A DNA stretch of 64,000 nucleotides, from NCBI GenBank assembly GCA_951406725.2, contig OX597824.1, forward strand, positions 35,898,001-35,962,000, in the 5' to 3' direction. Below the pieces are notes generated by a model. It did not search any database, was not told the origin of the DNA, and was given only the letters and a program-made list of their open reading frames with translations. Both the position numbers and the translations under genes were made by a program. Origin of the DNA: Octopus vulgaris (taxonomy: Eukaryota). Shown piece by piece: positions 10,911-25,892 of the stretch; position 1 is the stretch's first letter; the number at the start of each line of letters is the position of its first letter.

Positions 10911-13900
10911 GTTCTCAGTTCAAATTTGGGCTAGTATCAACATTATTTTCCAGGGTTTATAAATAAATACTCATCGAATACCGAGGTTAATTTAGTGTCA
11001 TTTTCCTTCTACAAAATTTCTGGGTAGAGAATCTCAGGCAAAATATATTTTGTTAGGTTTCCAGTTCAATTCCCATGGGGGTTTGGGCAAATAGTCTAGA
11101 ACTGGGGCTGAGTTACTTCTCCAAAATACGTGGCCTTGTGCCATTTTTCGCTATTATTTAGTCATTAATTTCAATAAAAGTTGCTGACACTAATTTTTGT
11201 TTGGGAAACGATAAAATTAATGAAGTCAGCGGGGTCCTGTATTACTGGTACTAATTGACTATGGTGAGGCTATGAAAGAAAAGCTCGTCCTATTTTTATA
11301 TTTTATATCATATGTCTGTGTTATTGTCTTCATTAACAACCAATGACTATTACTTTCAGTGTGATTAATCACATACGATCGTTAAAAACAAAATATTGAC
11401 TATTTTTCACAACACCACATTGCTTTCTTTGAATATTTGTTTTATTTACTCATCGATTTACTGATATTTATTTGTGTTTATCTGATATATTCTATAACAG
11501 CTCCTCTTCCTGTCGCCTTTCCTTACTCTATATCTACATAGTAAACAAAGCTTCCAATTATAAATTGACTTTTCGATTAGTTACTTTGATGTTTTTCTCC
11601 CTCAGTGTGTAATATTTTAACATTTAACTAGTGATATTTCTGTATTAGGGCTCCCTTATCGAGCGCTTATGTTTTCTTAAAATATTTATTTTACTTTACC
11701 CTACTGCACTCTTTCAACCGTCTCGAAATATCTAAAATTATTTTTATACAGTTTATTCTCTGGTGACCCAAATAAGATTTTTTTCACTCATAATTGTTCC
11801 AATTTAACAAGTGTTTACAGAATTAATTTATGTCTCTCCTTTTTGCCTGTCTATCGACATCGTTGGTATTTGTCTCCACATTTCTATGAGGGAGAGGCTT
11901 TTCTGCTAAAACCCCTGATTTCCTAGAAGTTGAGCCACAATTCAAAGCCATATTCCCATTCAAATGGTAAATATTATAAACAAACATAGGCGATCTCCCA
12001 TACATAAATATCAACAACCCGAGTAAAATTCTTCTCTCCTGTCTTTTTGTACTTATATTTTCTTTTGTTTTCCTTCTTTTTCCGATTACCGTGTTTTTGT
12101 TTTCCCGTCTTTTTCGTTTCTTTTTTCTCTCGGTACTTTATTGTCTCGTTTAATTGCTTTCTCTCTTTCCCTTTCTTTTTACTCTGTTCGTATTTCGTTC
12201 TTTTTTCTTTGTATATTTCTTGCTTTGTTTATACTTTTCATTCACTGCCTTTATTATTTTTTTTTGTTTTTTTTTTTCACTTTCTTCGATTCTTCCTTCC
12301 TTCATTCATTTCTTCACTCCAATGCCCCTCTCCCTCTCTTCATTCCCCTTCCGTCATTCTTTCTATCTTTCCTTCCTGTCTTTATTCCCTCTCCCCTACT
12401 TTTTTCTCTTCCTTCCTCTGTCCCTCTTCGTTTCCCCCCGTTTCCTCTTTTCAACCCATCCATCCCCCTTCACAACCTCGTTTTTTCTTAGCTTCAAAGT
12501 TTATCCAGAGACATCATCTTGCTGTGTGTGTGTGCAAATGAATGGTAAATTGAAAACCTTAAAAAATTCAAATTCCTATTCACAGTGGATCATTGGAGAA
12601 AAACCTGTCAACCAATTCCTAAACCAGTGACTCCAGCCAGGGAGAATTTGGGGGAAATACTCGTAATCTGCCACCGATATGAGCCATGGAGGCACATGGT
12701 CTAGTGGTTAGAATAGCAAACTCACGGTTGAGGGATCGCTGGTTCGAATCTCAGACCTGGCGATGTATGTGTTTATGAGCGAAACACAGAAGGTAATGGC
12801 GAACTTCTGCTGACTCTTTTGCCACAACTTTCTCCCACTCTTTCCTCCTGCATCTTGCAGCTCACCTGCGTCCTGTCCAGGTGGGTAACCTATACGCCAA
12901 GGAAACAGGGAAACCGGCCCTTATGAGCCAGACATGGCTCGAGAAGGAACAAACAACAACTGATAGAGCCACCAACCTCTACTGAAGTTAGTGCTGTATC
13001 AAAAATGCTGAACGTTCAAAAATCAGGATCATACAACAGTTTAGCTGAGATCTACGTTATGATAGCATGGAACCAAGAGAAATCAATGTTGAAATGACTA
13101 ACATTGTCACTACATAAACAAATGAGAAAAATCTGTTTCCTCCAAGTTGATACAAAAATCTTGGCCAAGATCAGGTTAGAAAAACTGCTCTAATATTAAA
13201 AAATATTACACGAGAGTCACTGTGTGGTATCTGCTGTAACTGATCCAGTCAAGGCAGCTTTGAGAAAAATGCAAGCAATAACGTCCAGTTCTGTTCATTG
13301 CATTTGTGGATCTGTAAAAGGCTTTTAAAATTGTTAATAGAGAAATTGTATGAAATGTTCTGTCAGATTGCCTCTGCCAGTTTAACAGCTATGATGTTGT
13401 TAATTGCAGGAGGTAGAAATCAGTTATTCAGTGTAAAAACAGGAGCCAGGTTTGGCTACATGCTGGCTCCTGGACTGTTAAATGCAGGGGTCACCAAAAG
13501 GGGTCTGCAGGACCCCTAGGGGTCAGCGAGGAATTATAGGGGGTCAATCATAGCCAAGGGGTTGAATGGGGGTCGGCATGTGAAAGACCAGCTCACCCAG
13601 ATGAACTGCCTGAAATACTTAGCACCATGCTCATCCCTCACATTGATGTTGTCAATTTCAATAAAAGATATTCCAGCATAATGATGTGCTTTTCACATTT
13701 TATATCTGAAAACAATTTCATAAAAATTGAAAGTTTAATACTGTATACTCATACACCTAGTTTTAAATGTAAAAAGTGCGTCATCTTCAATAGAATTTCT
13801 TAATTTGTCGTACATGTATATTTTAGCTAACATTTTAATTGCCAGCATCAGTACCTGCTATGCATTTAAGATACAGTACAGTAGGGTAGCATATTGAGAT

Positions 13901-16900
13901 ATTTTAAATGAAGAGAGTGGTCGATGTGGAAGAAGTGGCTAAAGGGGGTCAGTGGTCGAAAAAGTTAGGTGACAATTGGTTTAATGTATTCATTTATGTG
14001 ACTATGCTGTCATTTCTCAAAATAGGAGAAAGAGGATGGGAAGACGTTATTAACTTCTGATTCAACAGAAACTTCAAACGGCAGAAAGCTGCAGATCACC
14101 AAGCTCAGCTCTGAACAGGTTATTGAGCTATGGTATGCTGTGCTTTTATAGCTCTAGCGGCCATAACTTATGAAAGAGTGTCAGTGACATGCTGTACCAT
14201 CCTCCTGTCCTACTCTCTTTGGTACGACAGCATTAAAACAGTCTCCCACTGTACATATCTTGGCATCATCATTTTGAATGACTATTCATTGGTTCATTCA
14301 AATGTACGGTGAGGAATATTGGGTGAGGAGATTCAGTACCACCTTTAACAGGTCATTGCAGCTTTTGAAAGGATTGACAGAAACAATTATCTTAGCCACC
14401 ATACCAAAATCTCCATCTACTGGACAACCTGTATATTTCCTATTTTTCTTATATGTGTGCAAGACCTGGAACACACACAACCAACACATTATTAAGGCAG
14501 CCTTATTTATCCAGTGTTTCCAGATTCTTTCAATGTCAGCTGGCAAGATAGGATTACATACACAGAAATACTCCTTCAAACTAACACTGGCAATATTGAA
14601 TCCACACTAAACAGGTATTGATGAGCTGGACACATATTTTGCATGTCTGATTCATGCCTCATCCATAGTAATTCAGAAAGCTAATGTCTTAGGATTTCCA
14701 GGTTGTCTTAAGCACATCCAGATGATTTGAAACTTCATTCAGCATTCTAAGAAAGGTTAAAAAAAGAGCCTTTCATGTTATCTAGTTTGACCTGCAAAAT
14801 GCATATGAGAAAGAATTGGCCTTTTTGCTTCTCACAGGTGGGTGCTAGTGGCATGTAAAATGCACTGGTGCCACATAAAGAGCATCTGGTACACTCTGTA
14901 AAGTGACTGGCATTAGGAAGGGCATCCAGCTGTAGAAACCATGCCAAAACGGACAGTAGAGCCTGGTGCAGTTCCCAACTTTGCCAGCTCCTGTCAAACT
15001 GTCCAACCCATGCCAGCTTGGGAAACAGACATTAAATGATGATAATGATGATTATAATGTTACATATTAGTTCAATATTAATAGGAATTCATGACCAACT
15101 GGCAGACACTAGAAATAAGCATCATGATGGAGCATGCTATTTCTCAAATCCACTTTGTGATGGTCTTGGAATTCCTATTGAGATGTACTGGAAATTGTTT
15201 AGAAGGAATGAAGACCAGAGTACTCCTTGTGCAGCCACCAGTATGAGGGGTGGTAAACAAGGGCAAATCTTTGTTAATCCAGCTGGATTAGCTATTCCAG
15301 TGACACCAAAACCCCAGAAAGCTGCAATTTGCATGTAATGCAGGATCAGATAAAAACTTTCTGCATTAAAATTAAAGGGAAGCTGATTGCAACAGTCCAG
15401 AAGCAAGCAATTTAGCGTTTTTGACGTATTTATGCAATACTCTTAAGTGATGTCAAGAGGAGTGTTGAGATTGAAAAAAGTTGAGACAAGGACTAACTGG
15501 CACTGAAAACGTCTGTGGTTTGACAGGGATGTTAAAAAGTTGTCTCGAATTAATCATGCATTATATATTGAAGCTTAAAGATTTTGATAATGTGGTTGTT
15601 CATTTTTAAAATAACTTTATAGAAAGACGTAAGAGGCTGGATCTGGCTGCTTTGAACATTAAACAGTTAGAATATTTTGGTCACTTATGGCCAGTTTAAA
15701 TGCTAAAAGTTTGAAAAGAATGGTAGTGTGTGGTAGCAAGCTTCTGTTAGTGTGGCTTAGTTTTCTGCCTTGTTTTAGAGGAACTGAGCCATATAGTGCT
15801 ACTGCAAAAATCCAACTGCTTTTAACATTACTGATGAAGTTTCAAGTATTAAGAACTTGCTACTGCAGGATACTATGGAATTTTGGGAATTCCATTGTTT
15901 ACATGGAACACTACTTGTAAACAGGACTGAAATGAAATGCAACAAAACAGACTGCACTGTGAGGAAAAAGAAATCTACCACCCTAACCACCCACTGCATA
16001 TTAAAGGCAGGTGAGATACTGAGGCCAAAGAAATTTGCCATATTGAAGAGGAAGAGCATCCAAATAACATAGTAGAGTTAGGAAACCAATGTATCGGGGC
16101 AGTATGGAAGACAGTTGAATAAAAAAAAAACATTATTATGGAGCATGCTGTAATAAATGGAAGCAGCATGGTAACAATTCCTCCTGAAAGTATTGAACAA
16201 CATTTGGATCCTAGTTAGTCTTGGACAGTGATGAGTTGCCATAAGTGTGGAGATGTCGTTGTTGTTGTGCTGCAGCAGTAATACTGCACTGTCATTGCAA
16301 TGAGAATCAATACCAAATTGCACCTTCTTGTTTTCTAGAAGGAGGATTAGAGAGGGCAATGCAGGTACATAAGCATAGGAAAGTCAGGCCCCAAAATTTT
16401 ACACAGTGTTAATGATTGAAGGTATGGGTGAATTTCATGAAAGCATTCATATTTTCAGTATGTATAGTAATCTCTCTGAAGCCCCTGGTATTTCTGCAAC
16501 AGTGTTGACACAGGGTTCAATGCCAAGATGGTGAACAATATTACAGACAAGCTCTCACTCTGGAATATTCCCATTGATTACCCGCATCTATTTACCTACA
16601 TTCCAGTATCTCCATAATCTTTTCGGATCCATCTTTCGTCATGCCAATGGTGATGGGACCTCCCCTTAGAACTAATTAAATAGCCAAGCGAGCAGAGAGG
16701 CTTTGTTATTGTCTGGAAAGTTTGATTAATAACAACTTATACTTGTCATGGTGGCTATCTAACATTTATATGATCAGTTGTGTTTGCACAGTGTTAAATA
16801 GGGCACATGTACAATTTCTAGCATTCAAGATAGGCCCCTACCAGACAGTGGTTCTTGTGGCTTTTGATCTTGACTGATTGGATGTGTTAGCATGTACATG

Positions 16901-19900
16901 TTTTGTCTTGGTGTAAATGGTGGGATACAGCAAATATTCTGCTCAATACCACAGACTTGCTTGTCATTTGCTTGACCTTAACCAGTTGAGCATGTCCCTT
17001 AGTGGCTGACAATATGTGCAATTCTGATCATGAGCAGGAGTAGTGGGGAGCATCATAGCCATGTATTGAGAGGAATTCTTTGGGATTTGAATGATCCACC
17101 ATTGGAAACATGGGTGTTTCATTCATCCTAAAACAACCCTTATTAAGGAACCTTTTGAGTGGGATGGGCTATTCAACCTGAAGAAAATTCTAACTGGTTT
17201 CCACCTGCTAGGTCATGTGCTGTTTATCTCAATATGAGGTTACCATGTTACACAAATATGGTTGTGATGTATGTGCTTGTACCCTTATCAGATGAGTACC
17301 GTAAATCCTCGAGTATAGTCTGCCCTTGAGTATAACATGCAGGGGATTTTTAGGGAGCTGTACCCCTGAAAAACCTAAACCTTATGTATAATACACACCC
17401 CTTCTCTAACTTGAGTCTATATAATGTCCTTGGTTTGTAAAATACAGTAATGTCCTTTATTATTATTGTATATATAACTTAATGCAGACGTGCAGCTTTT
17501 TTGTGCATTTTGTTTACAGAAAATAAAGAAATAACAGTAATAACAGTAAAAATGTTTAAAAAATGTTGCTTATTGCAAGTTATGGATGATTCTTTTATGA
17601 CTTCATTGCTTTCAAGCTTAGCTTAAGGTATTTTCACGCCCGACATCATAAAATGCGTCTGAATAAACATTGCCAGACAACAAATAGAGACTCGGACATT
17701 GCTTAGAAAATAATTTTCATTTTTAACCTCATATATAGTACACACTAGGGATTTTGATCTTTAAATTTTGGGGGAAAAATGCGGATTATACACAAGGATT
17801 TACAGTAGTCACAATGGGTATATTGGGCTTCATATATTTGTATCCCAGTGTCACTTTGACGTGCTGCTTTCTCACTCAATAATAGAATTAATAATCATAA
17901 TGGTTTCAAATTTTTGCACAAGACCAGCAACTTTTGGGGGAGGTGGTAAGTTGATTACATCGACCACAGTCCTTGACTGGCATTTATTTTATCAATCCCA
18001 AAAAGATGAATGGCAAAGCTAACCTTGGTGGAATTTTAACTCACAGTGTGAAGACGGATGAAGTGCTGTTAAGCATTTTGCCCAGTGTGCTAATGATTCT
18101 GCTCACCACCTTAATAAAAGTAGCAGTAATATCTTTGTCATGTATGTTTACATAATAAAAGAGAGTGTCAGTTTTCACCATGGTATAGAGGTAAAGTGTT
18201 ATTGCCTCTTCATTCAAGATTATTTTTATGAACAAGAGTATGTTAATATTAATTTTCAGCAGAGAGTGAGAGAGAGTTTTAAACATAGACGACTTGTAAA
18301 TAATTTATATAAAAATAGTGAATGGCTATTCTGCTCTATTTCTGTTCAGTAATTTTTGATAAATGAAATTAGATTTTATGATTTGTATTCAAAACAGTTT
18401 ATGACGTAGCATCATTTTTTAAATAGCTGCTCAATTTGGGGAAAGCAAGAAAAGACAAGAGCTTCAACAACAACAGCATATGAGTACATGCGAGTAAGAG
18501 TCTGTCATTAGGTTCTACATACATTCTACTGATATAATATTTAGACACATTGTCAACATAATTCTCAAAAGCATAATGGCCAAAATAAGAATGAGACTTT
18601 AAAAGCTGAAGGAACTGTTACTTCTGGTAACTAAGGGGATTCTCTCATGAAGTGAAGGCTAAATTATATGATATCTGTACACAAAAGTTTAATGCTGCTT
18701 AATAATGAGACATAGTCATTGAATACAAAAGCTGTGTGAATTCTGGAAAGAAATGAGGTTAGCATGGCCTGCTGGATATGTAATTTTGGTGTACATGAAT
18801 GATAGAGCAAAAATGGGTATAAGAGGCAACTAACTATTATTAACACTCTATAAAATTTAGGTGGGGCCTACAATGGAGCATTTCTCTCATATCTGGGACA
18901 ATGGTGCTACTACTGCTCACATAGATAGCCTTGACTTGCATCTCGAAAAGGGCCACCTAACTGATTAGTAATAAAGTCACTCACAAATACACTCCAACCT
19001 CAGGCCTGCAGGTACCAAGTTTCCTCTCTTTGCCATTTTTACTGCTAACATAATGGTCTCTGCTCCTGTGTCCATGTCACCTGTGTTCTACTTGTCTCTC
19101 CTCCTTCCATCACCCTTGTGATGCCCTTCCTTCCCCCAGGTTCCACACTAATCCCTTAGCATGGTCTGGTCCTTCCTTCCCAGGGTGTCGGTTCTCTGGA
19201 ATTTCCTCTCTGCTTGTCATATTTTTCCTGCAGCTGTTGACTTCCAATGGTTCAAGTGAAACAGTAATGGCATCAATTTCACTGGTCTGGGAGACTCTGG
19301 AAGTTGTGCCTTCCTCCAGAACCAGCAAATAAAAAAAATGCTAGTTTGGGTGTGTTTTGCATGTGGGACAGTTAAATAAAAGAAGTACTGCCAAGTAATT
19401 TAACTGGAAGAAACCTCCAGAAGAAGATCAAAGAAGACATGAGAAGAAGTGAAAAAAGCTCATCTCTGGTGATTGAGTCCCTCAAAAGTAATGACAAAAC
19501 CCTCACAAGTGGCATAAATGTGTGTTGAGAAAACCCAACCAACCAACTCAATTTTTGAATAATAACAGACATAAGGATTATATTAATGTTATATAACAAT
19601 AAAATTTAGTATTGTTTACATTAATTAAATTAAAATATTAGTACAGATTTAAGTATATGAGACTGTCTACGTCAGTGTGTCTCACATTTTTAACTAATAC
19701 TCTTTACTCTTTTACTTGTTTCAGTCATTTGACTGCAGCCATGCTGGAGCACCACCTTTTAGTCGAGCAAATTGACCCCAGGTCTTATTCTTTGTAAGCC
19801 TAGTACTTATTCTATCGGTCTCTTTTGCCGAACTGTTAAGTAACGGGGACGTAAACATACCAGCATTGGTTGTCAAGCGATGTTGGGGGGACAAACACAG

Positions 19901-22900
19901 ACACACAAGCACACACACACATATATATATACACGACAGGCTTCTTTCAGTTTCCGTCTACCAAATCCACTCACAAGGCTTTGGTCGGCCCGAGGCTATA
20001 GTAGAAGACACTTTCCCAAGGTGCCATGCAGTGGGACTGAACCTGGAACCGTGTGGCTGGTAAGCAGGCTACTTACCACACAGCCACTCCTGTGCCTTTT
20101 CTTCTATGAACACTTTTTAAATGCTGCTCATTGTTATGATTCAGTGCCCCCTCCCCTTCCTCTCATTTTTAGTGTGCTTTCACATAATATCAGACCAGAG
20201 TAATTTAGTTCTGGGCACTACAAGTTTGGCATGGGTGACTCATTTCCACATCACCCCCACCCCTAGTATAAGTGAGTATCTGATGCACCACCACCACTTG
20301 ACTTTTAATTATGTCCCCTATCAATCATTACCTTGTAGATCTGGTCAAGTTCTGATACATAGATTCCAGGTGCAAGTTATCTTTATTGTCTGTTTTAATG
20401 TATTTTCTATATTCTCAAAACATACACACTCACACACGAGAATGTTTTTTTTTTGTTGCATGTATGGAATTACCCACGAATATTGACAATGTCTTTTAAA
20501 TAATATTTCAGTTATTTATAGTTCACATGCAAAGGTTGTATATATTCAGTCTTGTTTATTTGCATAGTCTCTCAACAAAGTCTCTTTGTTGTCATTGTCA
20601 TTGCTATTCTGATTGTTGCTAATAAGCAGTTTTTTTATTAGGTTGATATTTAATTAGGAGACAAAGACTAACCTCCTAGATGTATCTATTGCCCCTTTGT
20701 CCCCAATACCCTTATAAAATATTCAGATCTTTTCGGTTTGAACGGCAGTTTTTAACATAATTTCTAGGTAACTAAAAAAAATTTAAGCTTCATATACTGG
20801 TAGAATGTGTTTATAAAACATCTTTTTCTCTTGGTTTTATTGAGAAAATTCTATAGTTTGTAAGATATTTGTTGTTTTCTTCTTCAATTTCTGCAATTTC
20901 AACCAATCAATAACGTCCATTAGGTAAAAAACATTCTGTGCCGTATGAATATGTCCCTCGTTTAAGAAACAGATTGGGTTTATTTACATTTGTGAAGAAA
21001 AAAAGATACCCTTCCCCCACCCCTAACCCTAAAACAGATTGAAATGCAATAGATCAATACTAGGGTCATAATTATAGGTGATAATTTCATATGACACCGC
21101 TAGAAAAAACTGCCGTTCAAACCGAAAAGATCCAAATATTCCACTAAAGAGTCTACTTTGAGAAGAAATTGTCTATACTATAAATAATTTGCTTCACAAT
21201 AGATGCACTTCTGGAACACAGGTGATTTTAAAAACATTAAGTAACACTAAATAAAGGTATGATGCAACCAGACAGCAGTCTAGTCAGAAGTATTTATTTC
21301 ACCTTATCAACGTGTTACTTAACAGTTAAGGATTATCTATTGAGTTCGCATTCTAGATGTTCCAACTTAGAAAGGTGTTGTTGAATATATAGCCCTTTCC
21401 CTAACCTTTCCATGTGCTTAATTCTTCAAAAATGCACTGTGTATTTATTTTGATGGGAGTGATTTAGTAAAATAGCTGTTTCATTATTAAGCTGGTGTTT
21501 CAAAGTATAAAAGTTTCTTACATAAAATGGCTTTGAAAGTTGTTAGTTTAAGTCAGAAGACTTGAAAATTAGATTTATATGGTAAGAGTAAATTGGTATA
21601 AAAAAAAGTTAAGGTACTTTTGACATTTAAAAAACAATAAAAAATGGTGCAGGTGTGGCTGTGTAGTAAGAAGCTTGCTTACCAACCACATAGTTCCGGG
21701 TTCATTCCCACTGCGTGGCACCTTGGACAAGTGTCTTCTACTATATTCTCGGGCTAACCAAAGCCTTGTGAGTGGATTTGGTAGAAGGAAGCTGGAAGAA
21801 GCCCGTCGTATATATGTATATATATATATATATGTGTGTGTGTATGTTTGTGTGTCTGTGTTTGTCTCCCCAACTTCGCTTGACAACCGATGGTAGTGTG
21901 TTTACATCCCCGTAACTTAGCGGTTCGGCAAAAGAAATCAATAGAACAAGTACTAGGCTTCTAAAGAATAAGTCCTGAGGTCGATTTTCTTTACTAAAGG
22001 CAGTGCTCCAGCATGTCCACAGTCACATGACTGAAACAAATAAAAGACAAAGAGAGAAAACAAGTAGCCTATGACTTTATGGAAGATTTTGGAAAAATCT
22101 GTCAAGAGGATCATATTTATTCATTTTAAACCATTTCAAATTATTTTCTTTTAATATTTCAAAGTCTTTAGGAAGCAAGCTGGCAGAATTTTTTGCGTTC
22201 TAGGCAAAAAATGCTTAACAGCATTTCATCTATTTTTACATTCTGTGTTTGAATGCTGAAGAGGTTAATTTTGCCTTTCATCCTTTTGGGATTGATAAAG
22301 TAAGTATTGGTTGAACATTGAAGTTGATGCAATCAACTCTGAAACTGCTAGTTTTGTACCAAAATTTGCGGCTAATATTTAAACATCTTTGGGCATCAAG
22401 CTGACAGAATCATGACTATGCTGGGCAAAGTACTTTGCAGAATTTTGTCCATAAAGGCGGCGTGCTGGCAGAATCATTAGCACGCTGGACAAAATGCTTA
22501 CCGGTATTTTGTCTGCCATTACGTTCTGAGTTCAAATTCTGCCGAGGTTGACTTTGCCGTTTATCCTTTCAGGGTCGATAAATTAAGTACCAGTTACACA
22601 CTGGAGTTGATGTAATCGACTTAATCCCTTTGTCTATCCTTGTTTAGCCCCTTGTGGGCAATAAAGAAATAAGAATTTTGTCCATCTTTATGTTCTGAGT
22701 TCAAATTCTAATGAGATTGACTTTGCTTTTCATCCTTTTGGGGTCAATAAAATAAGTATCAGTTGAGCACTGGGGTCAATGTAATTGACTTACCCTCTGC
22801 CCCCAAATTGTTGGCCTTATATCAAAATTTGAAATCAATATTTCAAAGCTTCCCTGTATAATTCAAATGCCTCCCAGCTTTTGCAAATCTTAGTCACTAT

Positions 22901-24416
22901 ATAAATTACAGGTAAACTGGCTTAGTATTTAGTCTTTAATTTTTACTAGGTGTTCATCTCACATTCATATATCCTATTTGGTGTTATGGAACTTTAATAT
23001 GACCATACTCCATCTGTGTATTTTAAAAGTAAGTGGTTTCATCAGCTTTCAGAATTATATATCTATCAGGAGTTCTAGTAATGTAACAATAGATTGGCTT
23101 CTGGTGAACCAAAAATTGCCATTTGGAAAAGACATACCTGTCACAAAATCTCATCATCTGTTCTTTGAAAACACAAGGCAGGGGTCTTAGTCCAAAGAAC
23201 CCAGTATTCATTATAGAATCATAATTTAGGATTTTTTTCTTTTTTGTCATTAAAAATAACATAGAATTAACTTTTTTATTTTCATCATCCTTATTTTTAT
23301 TACATATCTTTTATTTATTATATATATTTTTATTTACCATTTATCTTTTTCAGATTGAAAGTGAGGAAGATCTACTTAAGAGACTTGGATGTAACGTAAA
23401 CTGTCTTGTGAAAGTTATTTCTATATTTGGCAACACTGGTGATGGCAAATCTCATACACTCAACCACACTTTTTTCCATGGTAAAGAGGTGTTTCCAACT
23501 TCAACATCTCAGGACTCCTGCACCATAGGAGTTTGGGCAGCTTATGATCCAATAAACAAAGCAGTAATCATAGACACTGAAGGTATGTTGGGTGTGACAA
23601 AAAACCAAAACCAAAGAACACGCCTTCTACTCAAAGTCCTTGCTGTCTCTGACATTGTTATCTACAGAACACGTGCTGAGCGCCTGCACAATGATCTCTT
23701 TTACTTTCTCGGTGATGCTTCTAATGCGTATGGGAAACATTTTGCAGAAGAGCTGAAAGCAGCGAATAAACGGTGCAATTTGAACCTCTCCCTCTCTACT
23801 ATGGGACCAAGTGTAATCATCTTTCATGAAACCATGCATACCAAAGTTTTACGGACAGGTAAACATAGTCTTTTCTACATTTGACTGGATTCTTAAAATA
23901 AAAATAATAATGATAAAAATAAACCTTTCTATTACAGACATAAGACCTAAAATTTAGGGGAAAGGGGAGTAGTCAAGTACATTGATCCCAGTTTTTCATT
24001 GGTACTTAATTTATCGACCCTGAAAGGATGAAAGGCATTGAAAGCTACACTAATGCCAGAACGGGACGACACTGCGTAGTGCCAAAGATCCCAGCAACAC
24101 CATCGCACATCAGGACCAGCTACTGCAACAGCCTGGGTTTCAGGGGTCCACAGCTTTTTAATATTCTCCCAAAGAGCCTGAGGAACTTGCACAAAGCCAA
24201 TGTAGGCATTTTTAAATCAAAGCTGGACCTCTTCCCGTAGAGAGTCCCAGATGAACCTACCTCATGGCAAGAGGTGCAAGTGAGGGTAGCTACATCAAAC
24301 TCCATTCTTCACCAAGTGCCACATATTGGAGGAGTCTCTCAGTAATAACAGTGTAGCAAAGTGGTGGTGCATCACCATGGCCGCAGCTATGAGCTGAAAC
24401 TACAGCGAAAAAAAAA

Positions 24417-24455
<39 letters not shown>

Positions 24456-24532
24456 ATGTATGTATATGTATGTATGTATATGTATGTATGTATATATATG
24501 TGTATATGTATTTATGTATGTATATACATATG

Positions 24533-24570
<38 letters not shown>

Positions 24571-25383
24571 GGCGCGGGCATGACTGTGTGGTTAGGGAGC
24601 TTGCTTCCTAGCTACATGGTTTCGGGTTCAGTCCCACTGCGTGGCACTTTGGGTAGGTGTCTTCCGCTATAGCCCCGAGTCGACTGAAGCTTTGTGATTG
24701 AATTCGGTAGGTGGAAGTTACTGCTGTGTGTGTATGTGTGCGTATAGCTGCTCAGTGCGTCTCCGAAAGAGAGAGAGAGGGATATGTATATACATGTGTA
24801 TATATATGTATATACATATGTGTATATATATGTATATACATATGTGTATATATATGTATATCAATCAAATCAAATCAAATCAAACCAAATCAAAATAGAT
24901 GAACATCAATGGAATTTGTATCCTTGTGGTACCAGTGCCGGTGGCACATAAGAAAACCATCCGAGCGTGACCGTAGCCAGTATCGCATCGACTGGCCTCC
25001 GTGCTGAGGGCACGTAACAAACACCATCCGAGCGTGGCCGTTCGCCAGCCTCGTCTGGCACCTGTGTCGGTGGCACATAAAAACACCATCCGAGTGTGGC
25101 CGTCTGCCAGCCTCGTCTGGCACCTGTGTCGGTGGCACATAAAAACACCATCCGAGCGTGGCCGTCTGCCAGCCTCGCCTGGCACCTGTGTCGGTGGCAC
25201 ATAAAATCACCCACTACACTCTCGGAGTGGTTGGCGTTAGGAAGGGCATCCAGCTGTAGAAACACTGCCAGATCTGACTGGCCTGGTGCAGCCTTCGAGC
25301 TTGCCAGACCCCAGTTGATCCGTCCAACCCATGCTAGCATGGAAAGCGGACGTTAAACGATGATGATGATGATGATGATGATA

Positions 25384-25414
<31 letters not shown>

Positions 25415-25850
25415 GTATATACATATATATATATGTATGTATATACATATATATATATGTATGTATATACATATATATATATGTATGTATATACATATAT
25501 ATGTATGTATATACATATATATGTATGTATATACATATATATATATGTATGTATATATATATATATATTATATATATATATATATATATGTATGTATATA
25601 TATATATATATGTATGTATATATATATATATATGTATGTATATACATATATATATATGTATGTATATACATATATATATATGTATGTATATACATATATA
25701 TATATGTATGTATATACATATATATATATGTATGTATATATATATATATATGTATGTATATACATATATATATATGAGCCGCTTGAAACAGTTGGAGCCG
25801 CTTGAAACAGTTGTACTGCATCACCTCTTGATATCCCGTTGTTTATTTTG

Positions 25851-25892
<42 letters not shown>

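Noticed and set aside
11823-12017. Short minus-strand ORF or cryptic exon in intron 1
   Set aside because: No recognisable homology, and no phase-compatible open + strand exon.
15760-16800. Possible decayed DNA transposase (similar unclear patches at 18940-19560 and 46000-46750)
   Set aside because: Only faint motif remnants; too degraded to assign by eye.
21020-21033. Telomeric CCCTAA repeats
   Set aside because: Only two units, internal to a MITE.
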